A model generated the notes under the pieces. It saw only the letters and a list, made by a program, of their open reading frames with translations, had not been told where the DNA came from and made no database searches. The translations under genes and the position numbers were made by a program. A DNA stretch of 63,069 nt, the filler included, from Reclinomonas americana ATCC 50394 (Eukaryota), in assembly GCA_048213135.1 (NCBI GenBank). It is 3 parts of 3 records of this genome, joined end to end, with 100 filler letters (N's around TTAATTAATTAA, not from the genome) between each part and the next. Parts side by side here need not be neighbours in the genome. Positions count along the whole stretch, not along the records: positions 1 to 31,045 come from PS015225.1; 2 more parts are not named here. The stretch is one strand, 5' to 3'. Below are positions 11,071 to 23,749 of this stretch, piece after piece; the first letter of the stretch is position 1; each line of letters starts with the position of its first letter.

Positions 11071-13663
11071 ATGGACTCCTTCCTGTACCTCTCCTCGCCC
11101 ACACACAACGGCAGCAGCAGTCCCTCCTCACCGGCCGCAGGCAGCCGCCGAGTGCGCTCCGCCCTCGCCGATCGCGGCAACAAGAGCCCCGCCAACGCGC
11201 CTCGCCAACGCCGCTTTGACACGCTCGCGCGGCCTCCCCGCCAAGTCCGCTTCTCCAAACTCGCGCGCGAGCATCGTCGGCATCACGAGGACGTCATGTT
11301 GGTGCTCAAAAGCTCCGCGAGTCTCGCCTCGCCCTCGTCACTGGCATCGCCGACTGGCGGTGGTGCGGGCAGTGTCAGTGCGGCGTCGGCGTCTGTGGCC
11401 GCACGCTCAAAGAGTCAGCTGGTCTGTGTGTGTGTCTGTGTGTGAGCTGTGATTCGGTTGTCTCACTCTGTTGCTCGGCAGCTGTCGGGACGAGTGTCGG
11501 CACTGGCGGCGGCGCAAACGGCCATTGCAGCGTCGGGGGCACTTGGGCGACGGAATCCGGCATTGGCGCCTCGTATGGAGGTCTGTGTCTATGTGTTGTT
11601 GCAGCTGGTTTTGTCTCGGTGATTGGCTCACCTTGTTCTCTGTGGCCTTTTTAGCGCAAGTGGGAGTCTCTGATGCAGGAGCTGGATGCGGCCGAGGCGG
11701 CGGCTGATGATGCGCAGGCGCTGGGCGATGCGGAGGAGGCGCTGCAGTATCGGTTGCAGGCCAGTCGGATTGCGGAGCGGTTGTATGAGTCCACCGATGC
11801 GGCGTATGTGGTTCGTTTTCCGTGCGATGTCCGACCGATGAGGGATGGTCTTGTCTCACGGTTGCTGTGTCGTGTAGGATGTGTTGCAACGATTGGCTAG
11901 GTGTGTGTGCTTTGTGACTGCGTTGATTGCTTTGTTGTTGTTGCTCATTGCTTTCCACCAGTGCTCATGCCGAAAACGGCGATGTTGCGAATGCTCGGCG
12001 ACTGCTCGTGCGGTGTCAGGAGCTGCTTGGTTCGTACCTCTTCGCTCTTGATTTGCTTGGTCGTTAAGCATCTGACGCTCGGCAATGTGTTGCAACCCCG
12101 CAGGCAGTCAAGACGATGTGCTCCTCGCCGAGGTGCTGTTTGCGTACGGAAACACACTGCTCAACGAGGACGGCAAGGAGCGCGAGGCTCTTAAGTGGTA
12201 CGAGCGCAGCTTGGCGCTGCTCGGCACGGCTGCAGCACAGGTGCGAGTGGGGGCAGTGCGCGTCAGATTGGTCTTGGAGAAACGAGCTGAATGTCGGTTT
12301 GCGCAGCCCGTCTTTTTCGACAGCCAGGCACGCTCGCTGCCCAAGTTTGAGGATCGCAACCTGGCCACACACGCCACTCAGTTCTCGGTGCTGATCAACA
12401 CTGGCCTGGCGCACTACAGACTATCGGTTCGTGATTGGTCGTCGACGAGTTCATCACGTGCAATGTGGCTCACCTTCGCGCCCCGCACAGGAACTGGATG
12501 CGGCGCTCACAGCGTACAAGCACGCACTGCGTGTGTGCCAGGACGTTCTTGGCACAGATGGTACCGCACTGGCGTGCGCCTGCACCAATGTGGGTGTGGT
12601 GTACCACGCACAAGGAGACTACCGTGCCGCCATTCGCATGTACAAGCGGGCGCTGCGTGTGCACGAGAAGGGCCCGGCTGTCGCCACGCCCACCTCGTGG
12701 GACGCAGATGAGACCACCGCTCCGCTGATGCACGACGACCCCAACACTTTTGTGCTGAAGCACAATGTCGCCAAGTGCTACCTCGCCCTGCACAAGTTTG
12801 CCGAGGCCGAAAAATACTACTCATGGGTCCGCAAGGTTGGTGGTGTGACTGCTTCATGAACTTCGTGTTTGCCATGTCGCTGAGAGCCTTGCTGGCCGTG
12901 CAGGTGTTGGAGCAGAGTCACGCGAATGGAATGGATGACGATTTGCACGAGTCTACTTTGCGGCTGGCCGAGGTGATGCATGATCTGGGAGTGTGTGCGT
13001 CGGGGTTGCGCAAGTACGAAACCGCGGCTCGGTGCGTGGAATGCAAGTGCGACGCAAGTGTTCGCTTGTCTCACTCTGCGTTTTCCGACAGCTTCCTTCG
13101 CAAGGCCTACCTGATGCGCAAGTCGCTGGTGGGCGACGAGGACGACGAGACGCAGGTGAGCGACGGAATGCGTGCCACCCACCACGTCGACTCTGTTCGT
13201 CCTCACTCAGTTGTTGGTGCAGGCCACATTGGCAAAACTGCGAAAAACGTGCACGCGACTGGAGCAACTGGGCGTCGATGTCTCGTGGTTGCAAGTGCTG
13301 CTGAATGGTTTGTCGTCTCTTCGTCTTCTCACTCTGTATCTCAGAGAAGCTCACTCTCTCGCCCCACACGCAGAGTCGTTCGATCTCGACACAGCAGCGG
13401 CCGCCATGGACAGCCCGGTCGACGGCAGTGCCTCGCCTAGCGGCCTCACTGCCGAGAGACTGGCCGCCTTCCGCCACGGCCTCTCCTCACCACTTCGCGA
13501 TCGCCGCGTCGAAGATCTCCGTCGGTGCGTCCCCCAGCTTCCTACGTGTCACCTCACGCCCCATCTCACCCCCCATTCCGCGCATCGCAGCGTATCGATG
13601 ATCTCCACCACCACAGTAGGCAGCGCCGGCACCGTGTCCACCTGGAGCGGTGGCTCACCATGA
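11071..13663 (+). CDS. Tetratricopeptide-repeat protein (kinesin-light-chain-type TPRs), multi-exon
   Basis: EALKWYERSLAL, AALTAYKHALRVCQDVLG, ACACTNVGVVYHAQGDYRAAIRMYKRALRV, HNVAKCYLALHKFAEAEKYY, AEVMHDLGV; the exact 3' end is uncertain (next to a gap). Confidence 0.8.
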
Positions 13664-14011
13664 GCNNNNNNNNNNNNNNNNNNNNNNNNNNNNNNNNNNN
13701 NNNNNNNNNNNNNNNNNNNNNNNNNNNNNNNNNNNNNNNNNNNNNNNNNNNNNNNNNNNNNNNNNNNNNNNNNNNNNNNNNNNNNNNNNNNNNNNNNNNN
13801 NNNNNNNNNNNNNNNNNNNNNNNNNNNNNNNNNNNNGGAAATGGGAGGGTGGAAAGAAAACCAGAATGTACAACTGTGTAACTTGGAAAGAGAGAAGGCA
13901 CTGATCAGTCTCTTGACCCTCTCGACGGCGATCGACGTCGAACGGACGAGAGTTGTCAAGCTGGTCCTGTCGGAGCTCTTTTCATCCTCTCTTCTCCTCT
14001 CCAGAGCGCCA

Positions 14012-14414
14012 ATGAACTTCATCGCTCGCCTGTCACAGCGCACACAGTCACTCTTTGCGGCCGGAGCTGCTGCAGTGGTGGGCGTCGCGGCAACAGTGGC
14101 TGGAACGCGCGCAGATGAACATGCCACGTCAGCAACACCAGTGACCGAGCAGCATCCGACCACTGCAGGAGAGGCCGCCAAGGCTGGTGTGTGTGTGAGA
14201 GATTGTGTGTGTAGTGTCTGTTGCTCACTCGTGCTGTGCAGCAACCCCGCCTCCACAGACTGTGAGCAACATTCCGTTCTCTCCGTACTTTGTCGCCGAT
14301 GTGGCGGAAGCGGTGAGTGCGAGCTCTCACAGACACGCACTTCTCTCTCTTTCCTTCTCTCTCTCTCTCACTGTGTATGCGACAGACACTGNNNNNNNNN
14401 NNNNNNNNNNNNAC

Positions 14415-14486
<72 letters not shown>

Positions 14487-15759
14487 GCCTTGCTTGTGCT
14501 CCAGTCCGCTGACTGCGTGTTTGACAGGCTCGGGTTTCCTCATTGACCCTCGCGGCATCATCCTCACCAATTGTCACGTGGCAAAGAACCCGGGCAGTGG
14601 TCGCGGCAAGGTCTTGCAAGAGTCGCCTTTCTCCTCTGCATAGTCTCTGACCTCTTGCATGCCACAGCTCGACGTGACGCTCTCCGATGGTCGCCAGTTC
14701 GACGCGCGTGTGGATTCGTACGACGAGACCATTGACATTGCGGTGTTGCGCATCACCAATCCGCCGCCCAACGGCGACCCGTTCCCGTACCTCGAGCTCG
14801 GCAGCTCGGCTGATGTGCGTATTGGCGAGTTTGTGATTGCGCTGGGGTCGCCGCAAGGCCTGCAGAACACAGTGACCAGTGGTGAGTATGTTCCTTGCGT
14901 TCTCGTGTGTCGTCCAGCAGCTGAAGTGTTGGGGGATACACGTGCGCAGGCATCATCTCCAACCGGTCGCGACACGCGAGTGAACTCGGTATGACCGACC
15001 GCCGTGTCAGCTACCTGCAGACCGACGCTCCGATCTCGTTTGGCAACTCGGGCGGGCCGCTCGTGAACATGCGCGGACAGGTGATTGGAATCAACACGGT
15101 CGTGGTGGTTTCGCTGGGACAGGTATGCGTGTGTGTGGTCTTGTGTGGTGTTCCGTGAGGCGTGCAAGGGATTCACGGTTAATTACAGTTGGGATTCGCC
15201 ATTCCCGCCGATGTTGCCAAGGATGCCATGCGTCAGCTGGACTTGCACGGCAAGGTTCGCCGCCCGTACATTGGCGTCGTGCTGCTGCCGTTGACCACGG
15301 AGCGCGCGCTGTTCGACTCCAAGCGCACATTCGGCTCCAAGATCGCCGACGATATTCGTAATGGTTTGCGTGGTTTCCGTGTTGCTTGCATTGGTCGTCG
15401 TCGTCACCAACGCGAGAGAGATGTGTGTATGTGTGTGTGCAGGAGTGCTGGTGGTCGACGTGGTGGGTGCTCCCGCGAAGCGTGCCGGCCTGATGGCTGG
15501 TGACGTGGTGACTGCAGTGGACGGCAAGCCAGCGTATACCACTCGTGATGTTGCGTACTGCCCCCTTGCTGCAGCGTCGTCGTACGCATCTCCACTCACC
15601 AACTCGTCGTCGCGGTACACGTAGATTCTGGAGAGGGTACAAAGCGTCGGTCAAGAGATGCGTTTCGATGTGCGCCGAGGAACACAGGCACTCCAGTTGA
15701 CAGTCACTGTCGACGAGGAGCCGCCGGCGCCAGTACCGCAACGCAGTCGCAGAAGGTGA
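14012..15759 (+). CDS. HTRA2: HtrA/DegP-family serine protease with PDZ domain (HtrA2/Omi-like)
   Basis: [18 protein letters not shown] (His), DIAVLRI (Asp), [33 protein letters not shown] (Ser); RPYIGV...[28 protein letters not shown] (PDZ); N-terminal targeting/TM-like segment. Confidence 0.9.
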
Positions 15760-15833
15760 GCCGCCACCCAACCAGCAACATACTCACAAAACAGATGCCC
15801 TCGCGTATTCACTGTTTCGTGTGATTTCTGCTC

Positions 15834-17384
15834 TCAGACGCGGCTAGGGCCCTTCATGCCAGATCGAACCATGTAACTCTCCTGCTTCAGCAATTCAGCC
15901 TCGCGCTTGTCGTTGGTGAAGACCGAGCTCATCACCGACGAGTGCGTAATCTCCCGCGCTCTGTACGCACGCACGTCCATGCATTGATTTAGTGGTCGTC
16001 GGAGAATCGTTGGCGTGAGAACCAAGTGGGTGTGCCAAATAAAATGCACCCCTCCTATCTCCACCCGCACAACACTCACCTCTCGCTTGCCACTCGAGCC
16101 ATATCGCGCGCCATGTGCATTGTGACGGTCTCCGCAGACCGCGCCGCCGGCTTGCGCTGCTGCTGCTTCTTCTTCTCCTTTTCTGCCCTCCGCGCGGCCT
16201 TCTTGCGCGCCCGCTCGGCCTCGTCCTCGTCGTCGCCATGTCGCGACCGCTTACGCTCCCTGCGCTTCGCCTCCTTGTCCCGCTCCTCGGACGACGTCGA
16301 GTCCTCCACCACCATGCCGGCGGCCGCCACACCGTCCTCCTCCGGCACCTCACTCTTGCGCGACTTTCTGCTGCCCTCACCGTCTGCGGCAATGGCGGCA
16401 GCTGCAGCGGCCGCGGCCGCACCAGCACCACTTGCTGTCGTCGTCGTCGTCGTCGATGACGACGACGATGACGACGATGATGACAATGTCGGCGCAATCC
16501 CATCCTGCGGTGGATTCAACTCCACCACATCGGCACGAGTAAACTCCTTGGAGCACACGGGGCACGGCGACGGCACATCGCCACTGGCCAATCCCATCTC
16601 GCGCAAGCACTTTTCCGACAGCACATGGCCGCACGTGCGAATCACCGAGAAGCTGCGACGACAGCAATGAGACCAGGGTGCGAGGTCACATGCACATGGA
16701 CCTTGCGTGATCGCACTCACCGAAACGTGCCAGTGACCTCCAGCATCGTCATCGGGCAGACGAAGCGCGCCTGATCGTGGAAGGCCTCGCTGGGCTTGCA
16801 GTCGTCGCTGAAGGCGGGGTTGGGCGTGAAGTGGCAATCGATCACATCCTGCGAGAGAGGGATGAGAGAGACGCAAAAGAGAGAACGCACACGCACACAC
16901 ACACACGCACCTTCAGCTTCTTGATGTGACGAAAGGGAGGTGGGTTATCCTTGGCCAGCAGCATGCGAATGACCGAGTCCTTGTTGAAAATGTTGCCAAC
17001 GCGATCACACACAATCGGATCTCTGTTGAGAGCACAAGAGAGAAAGCGAGGAGACAGAGAGCGTGAGAAGGCAACAAGAAGAAAGACAAAGGAAGAGAAG
17101 CGCGCAACTGCAGTGGCTCTTTGCTCAATGCGCAGACACTCCAACGTGTTGTTGCCGCGACTGTGCGATCCTGTGATGAAACACGAAACGCAGAATGAGT
17201 AACACACGCACAGAGGGGAGGAGAGAGAGAGACACACACACACACACCATGCGCTCAGGGGCTTTTCGCTGCGACACAATGAACTTGCGCGCATTCGCAA
17301 TGCTTCCTGTTGCGCGCAGTGAGCGTGTGTGAGAGGGAGTAGAAAGGAGAACACACACACGCACACACCTCCATCGCATCCCAT
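15834..17384 (-). CDS. RTF2: Replication termination factor 2 (RING-like)
   Basis: Diagnostic start MGCDGG-SI; WSVCALSKEPL, IVCDRVGNIFNKDSVI, FVCPMT, CGHVLSEKCL...CPVC, Lys-rich C-terminus. Confidence 0.9.
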
Positions 17385-17475
17385 GAGAGCTCTCTTCCTC
17401 TCTCACACAAAACACACACAACGACAATGTGACGGGACTCAAGGACACACACTGACCTTCACTTTGCGACAGACG

Positions 17476-20400
17476 ATGACAGAGTGCGCGTTCAGCACAG
17501 CCGACACAGGTGGCGACACCCCCCTTCTCTCTCACTCTCTCAGCAAGTCACTCACTCTCTCTGTGTGCGATCGCAGGCTGGTTGATCCTGGGATCCGCAC
17601 TGGTGCGCTCCCTTCTCTCTTCTCTCTCTCTGTCTATGCCTCCCACTCCTCGTCACTGACTCTATGTGTTCGCGCGCGTGTGTGTGTGATCAGGTCATGC
17701 TGCAGTCACCGGCGTTGCGCGCGCTCCCTCTCCCTCGAATGCATGTGCGCATCAGTTTGCTAATGCAATTGTCACTGCGCAGAACCGGTCTGCTGCAGGC
17801 CGGCATCATTCGTCGCATGAACTCGTTGCGTAAGAGAGAGAGAGGCAGAGAGATGTGGTGTATGCAGCCTCTCTCTCACGCTGTGGCTCAACTCGTGTGC
17901 GCAGACTGAACATGCTCATGCAATCGATTGCTGGCATGATCCTGGGCGCAATCATGTGGATCACGTTGCGTGCCCTTTATCTCTCGCAGTCGTCTTTTGC
18001 GTTTGTCGATCTCATCGCGTGTGTCATCATACAGCATCGGGTATTCGTTGACTTGTTTCGTTGGCTGCCTCGAGCTGTGTCGCTCTCGTTCTGTGTACTG
18101 ATGATGGGCGATCGCAGTTGGACCCGACCATGGAGGCGTCATTGGCGATTTTTCGCACTTTTTCTTGCATGGCACTGGCGATTGCCACTGGGCTGGTTCG
18201 CCGTCTTTGGCAAGGACTCTCTGTCGCCACTGAATGCTCATCCTCCTTCTCCCGGTCACAGCACCGACGGTGCCGACCATGGCGCTGGTCAATCTGCAGA
18301 TGCAGTTCGCCGCTGTGGCTCCTGTGGTGTGCACGGGCGCGTGGGTACGTGCGCGCACCTCTCGCCATCTCCTTGCAAGAGTGTCTAATGATCGTTGCCA
18401 GGCTGAGAAACTGCACTTTTCCGCGTTCTGTCTGTTCTGCTGCATGTGGGCGCTGGTGGTGTATTACCCAGTGGCGCACTGGGTGTGGGGTGGAGTTACG
18501 AGTGTGGAACATGTTTGAGGAGGGGGATGGTGTGTGTGAGGTGCTGACTGTGTGTGTATGTTTTGTCTGCGATAATCAGGGTTTTCTGCAAACGTGAGTC
18601 ACTGTGCTTTCCACCGCACTCACGCTTCATGCTCACTGACGCGGCGTGATTGTGCACTGCAGGTGGGGCGTTCTCGACTTTGGCGGTGGTCTACCGTTGC
18701 GTAGCAAGTCACTCAACGAGCTGCTGTCTCCTCATGCGTCACTGATAGCTGTGTGTGGATTAACACAGGATTCACACGACCACCGGCACTGCGGCATTCG
18801 TTGTGTCTTTGGTGCTTGAACGCCGCCCGGAGCTGGACGAGTACAACCCTGTCCGTGAGTCTTCTTTCATTGACTGCACCGCTGCTGTGTCCGTGAGGCT
18901 CATCGTCTGTGTGTGTGTCTCCTGGACAGCGCACAACATTCCGGTCTGTGCCTTGTGCTCCGCTTTCCATTGATTGTCTCTCCTCCCTCTAATTTGATTG
19001 CTCTGTGTTCCTGCAGCTGGCTGGTGCGATCTTTCGTGTCATTCACTCGCCCTTCTGTGCTCTCGCTCTCTCACCATGCTGCATGCAGTGATTGGCGGTG
19101 CCTTGACGTGGTCGACTTGGTTTGTGTTCAACGGAGGTTTGTGTGCGTGAGAATGCGCTTTGCATTTGGTCCCCCTCCTCATCACAACACGCAGTTTCGG
19201 GCTACCGCTCGAATACGGTGTCGGTGTTTGCCGGTGCGTTGTTGCCTGATTTGCACTCCCGATCTTCGCGTGCCTCACTGCATGTGCAGTGGCCAACACG
19301 CACATTTCGGCATGTGTCGGTGGCCTCATGTGGCTAATCCTCGCATTCATCCGGTACGCGTGCGCGTCACCGCTTGTGTATGCTTTTGCGAGATCTGTGC
19401 TGAAGTCTCTCCGTCCCACGCAGCACTGACTTTTTCCACATTGTGGAGATTCTGAATGGTGCTCGCCAAGATCTTGTTTGCGCATGTGCATGTGCAGCGC
19501 GAAGGCGCCAACCATTCTTCTTTCTTCTCCACGCAGGTGCACTGGCAGGCCTGGCTGGCGTGACACCGGCGTGTGGCTACGTTACTGTCGGTGAGTTCAG
19601 CAATGGTTGTGCGCGTGTCAATAATCTCCTGCTTTGCTCAATTCCACACAGCGGTGGCCATGATAACTGGCGTGTTTGCCGGCATTGCCGCGTACTTTTC
19701 CGTGTACTTCCTGCGATACAGGTTCCATCAAGTGCATCGTGTTTGCCACTCTAGTGTTTCTGTGCATTTGACATTGTCTGCGCAGAGTGCACGTGGACGA
19801 TGCTCTGGACGTGACGTCGCTGCAGGTTCGTCTCAAGTGCTCCGTGTGTGTGAGTGATTATGGCAACCTGAATCGGTATGCTGCAACAGGCGACTCCCGG
19901 GTTCATCGGGTCGGTGCTCGCCATTGGCTTGTTTGCAACCAAGGACGTGAATCCCGACCTCGAACTCGAGGGAGCATTCTACAGTGGCGACTTTACGCTG
20001 CTCTACAAGCAGGTTCCGCAGCCTCACCACAGTCCACTTGCTTTTTGATGCGTTCACTCACCCCCCGTGGCGCGCAGTTTGTGGGCGTCATGGTCGTGCT
20101 GGTGTGGACGGCCGTGTGGACATACGTGGTGATGAAATTCGTCGTGTGGTTGATCCCGCAGCCATCAAAGCAGGAGATGATTGTCGGTCTCGACAAGCAG
20201 GAGTCTGGCGAGACAGCCTACGATGAAGAGGTGCCGCGTGTCCATGCCCCCGTTAGTGTGACTGACCGATGCTGACATGGTGGCGAACAGGGGCACGTGG
20301 ACATTGGTGAGCAAAGGCAGGAGCTTTCGGATGCGATCGAAGCCGGTAACTTGGACATGGTGGTCAGCCTCATCAAGCGCGGAGTCAATCCTCTGATCGG

Positions 20401-22239
20401 CGACTACGACGGCAACACGGTGCGTCACTGCAATCGCAGATCAATCGATCTTCTGTGTGCTGATTGTGTGACTCTGCGAGGAAGGCATATCATGTGGCGG
20501 CCAAGTTTGGTTATCAGCACATTATCGAGTACTTGCTGACGCTGCCGACGGCCAACATCAATGTGGTCGACCGAACGGGCACCACCCCGCTGACTGTGGC
20601 GCTCAATGCTGGCAACGAGACGCTGGCCGACTGGATGTTGCATAATGGTGCCAGCACGGAGACCTTCAAGTTGGTGAGTGTGCACGCACGCACTGTTAGC
20701 CATCGCGTGTTTCTAGGTGATAACTATTCGATCGCACAGGGAGAGAAGCTGTGCGAAGCCGGTGCTGCTGGTGATGTCGACACGCTGCGGCATTACTCAC
20801 GGACCAGTGCCTTGTTTGGTGAGTATCCATCAATCTTCACTGCAGTGCGGCGAAGTTCTGTCGCTCATCGCTGTCACGCAGTACCGGATCCTGATGGAAG
20901 GTGATTTCGCAGCTATTGCCAGTTGCATGCAGGTGATGAAACTCATGTCTGTGTGATTGTCACTCTGGTGATTTGTGCAGAACTGCGCTACATCTGGCGG
21001 CCGCCAATGTTGCGTCGAGAGTGTGATGTCATCCTCGTGGACGATAGTGATCTCATGATTGCTTTTCACAGGGACACCGAGAGTGCGTCGAGTTTCTGCT
21101 GGAAGGTGAGTGCCACAGCTCGTGTGAAGTTTGTCTCTGTCCTTCTCAACGCGCCCTCTTTACCGCAGCGGGTGTGCCGCCCAACGTGCGCGATCGGTGG
21201 GGAGGCACACCGAGTGACGATGCACGCCGGCGTCAGCATTTGGATATTGTGCAGCTGCTGGCGAGTTCAACGATGCGCATCGCCGACGATTTCTGCCATG
21301 CGGCCGCCGTCGGTAGGCAGTGGTGATACTCGGGGGTGGCGTCGTTCCCACAATCACTCACCACATGACTCGCAGGCGACATGGAGGGTGTGGAGCGATT
21401 TGTCATGAGTGGCGTCGACGTGTTGCGTTCTTTTCTCGTGTGGAGTGCGAGCTTGTGGAAGTTTCTCATCATTTTCTTCTCCTGCAGCAACACTCGTGAT
21501 GCCGATGGTCGCACTGCATTGCATCATGCTGCCTTGTGAGTGTTGCTGTATTCTACCAGAATAGTGTCGTTTTGCTCACTCGCTGTTGTGCATGTCGACA
21601 GCCTGGGTTGCCTTCCTGGTTTGCTAGTCGCCACTTGCCAGTGTTTGGCTGCACACAGCTGTTCTCATTCCACATGCCCCACACAGTGGTCAAGTACTTG
21701 CTCAAGTATGCCGACCCAAATCCGCGCGACCGCTGGGGCAACACGCCACTCAACGACGCCGTTCGCCAGTCCCATGGAAACGTGGCCGATGTTGCGTTGT
21801 TGTAGCATTTGCTCTCATAGTAGTGGTATTGACGCTTTGTGCCATGCACAGGCACTGCGAGCGCACGAAGGCAAACTCGGGTTTGAGAGTGAACTCGCCC
21901 TGCGCAACATTCACGACGATGGTTCGCCGAGTCTCTTCAGTGCTGCGCCATGATGGATGCTGACTGCCTGCGCACACACAGAGTTCACGGAAGACGAGCA
22001 CACGGACAGCTCGGTCATGGAGGTCCGGCTGGTGACGCCGAGCGGCAAGGAGAGCAAGTACAAGACGTTTGGCATGGTGCGTGTAACTGGCTGCAGAGCC
22101 AAATGTGATTGAGACTCCCTCAACTCACATGCGCGCACAGGTGGCCATCAATCCGCGCATCTTGGAAAAGATGAAGCAGAGCAAGCAGCGCAAGAAACAG
22201 CGCAAGCCGGATGGTGAAGAACACGAGATGTTCAGCTGA
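17476..22239 (+). CDS. Ammonium transporter (Amt/Mep family) fused to C-terminal ankyrin repeats; many small exons
   Basis: Amt motifs: DTGWLILGSALVMLQSPA, GIIRRMNSLNMLMQ, QMQFA, AEK, YYPVAHWVWGGG, LDFGGGLPIH, HNIP, WFVFNG, GALAGLAGVTPACGYV, VDDALDV, GLDKQESGETAY. An in-frame 60-nt intron (20231-20290) joins these to ankyrin exons (DYDGNTAYHVAA, DGRTALHLAA, DRWGNTPLNDA). Confidence 0.88.
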
Positions 22240-22500
22240 GAGTCGCGAACAGCCACACACACACGCGCGCGCCCATTGTGCGCAAGAGTGGTGGCCGTGG
22301 CCACGCAGCATCATCGTCGGTGTCACCCGTGTGACACACGACACAGCTTCGACACAAGAGCCTGAAGGTCGATCCGTACGCTGCCGAGTGCCTCAACAAA
22401 TGAAAGCACTCTCCTTGCATTTGGTACACTCCCACACACGGCTACACACGGAAAAAACTACACGCACAACTCGTGGCGCGACGGCAGCTTCCTCCTCTCC

Positions 22501-23749
22501 TCACTCGCTGATCGCGTCACGGCGATTGGGCGTCTCGCGCGGACACACCATCATCACCGTCACGTTATCAAATGAGGTCCGTGCACGCAGTGCCGTGTCG
22601 GCCAGCGCGTAGGCCAGACCATCATCGATTTCTCCGCCCGACACCGCCGGTGCGCTGCGCGACAAGTGTCGCTCCATGATGCGAATCACCTGCGCTTCGT
22701 CGAGAGTCTCCCAGAAACCGGAGGAGGCCACCAGGAAGCACACGTCGAGCGGCGTCACAGCAAACTCGACCACATCGGGCTCCGGAATGACAAATGGTCG
22801 CAAGATGTGCATGCCGATGCAGCGCGAGGTCGCCAGGACTCCCTGCGCGTGTCCGACTGGCGAGTTGCCGAGGCCAAACACATTCTCTCGCTTCTTCTTC
22901 TCCACAAATCCCCCGTGAATGCCCGTGATTCGGCCGTGCTCGGCGGGATCGTCGGGCTTGTGTGGTTGGTTGAGGAACACGAGTTCCAACTGCGACGAGT
23001 CGGCCGACTTGAGCCGTATCACAGCCGCTCGACTGTGTGTGTGTCACACACAGACAGAGAGAGAGTGAGTGACGAAAGAGCTGTCGGCGATGCTGGGACA
23101 GACAACACACCTGTCGCCCGTGTTGGCCACAAAGTACCGCGAGCGATCCTGTGTGAACGCCAGCACGCAGGCCGAGGAGCCGACATCGGTGCCGCGTGGT
23201 CTGCTGCCGCTCGGTGCGTTGGCTGGTGGTGGAGCCTTGGCCCTGTAGTGCGCCACAAAGTTCTCGTCGAGTCGCATAATGGCGCGATACAGCGTTTCAC
23301 TACGACGATGATGAGCAGCAGACGCACAACACACACGACGATACACAACGCACCCGACACCGAGCGTGGCGGCTTGATCGAGTGAATCCGCCAGATGTCC
23401 CTGAAAGTTGTCGCGCAGGAACGACGAGCACAAGTCGCCCAGGTGGCCATCAAACACTCCATACACATCTGCACCGACGGTCAATGAAGGAGAGGGAGAG
23501 ATTCGCATTTACATCGCGGAAAGAAAAATGGCGACGAACCAACTCCCGAGAGCGTAAAGTGCACCCACGTGTCTTGCTGTGTGCCGTGCTTCTTGTCGTA
23601 CAATGACGCAAACTGATTGCCGTTCACCGGCGCCAGCGGCCCTCTTGACTGAGGAATCATTATTTATTGTGAGGGTTCAGAGAACCGGGCGAGCTACACG
23701 CACACACACACAGTCCGACACGCACCTGGTTGCTGTTCTGTTGACCCAT
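22501..23749 (-). CDS. PP2C/PPM-family phosphatase-like protein, predicted N-myristoylated, several catalytic Asp substitutions
   Basis: MGQQNS start; YGVFDGH, GSSACV, FVANTGDSRA, HKPDDPAEHGRI, LATSRCIG, VIPEPDV, FLVASSGFWE, SFDNVTVMMV. Confidence 0.85.
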
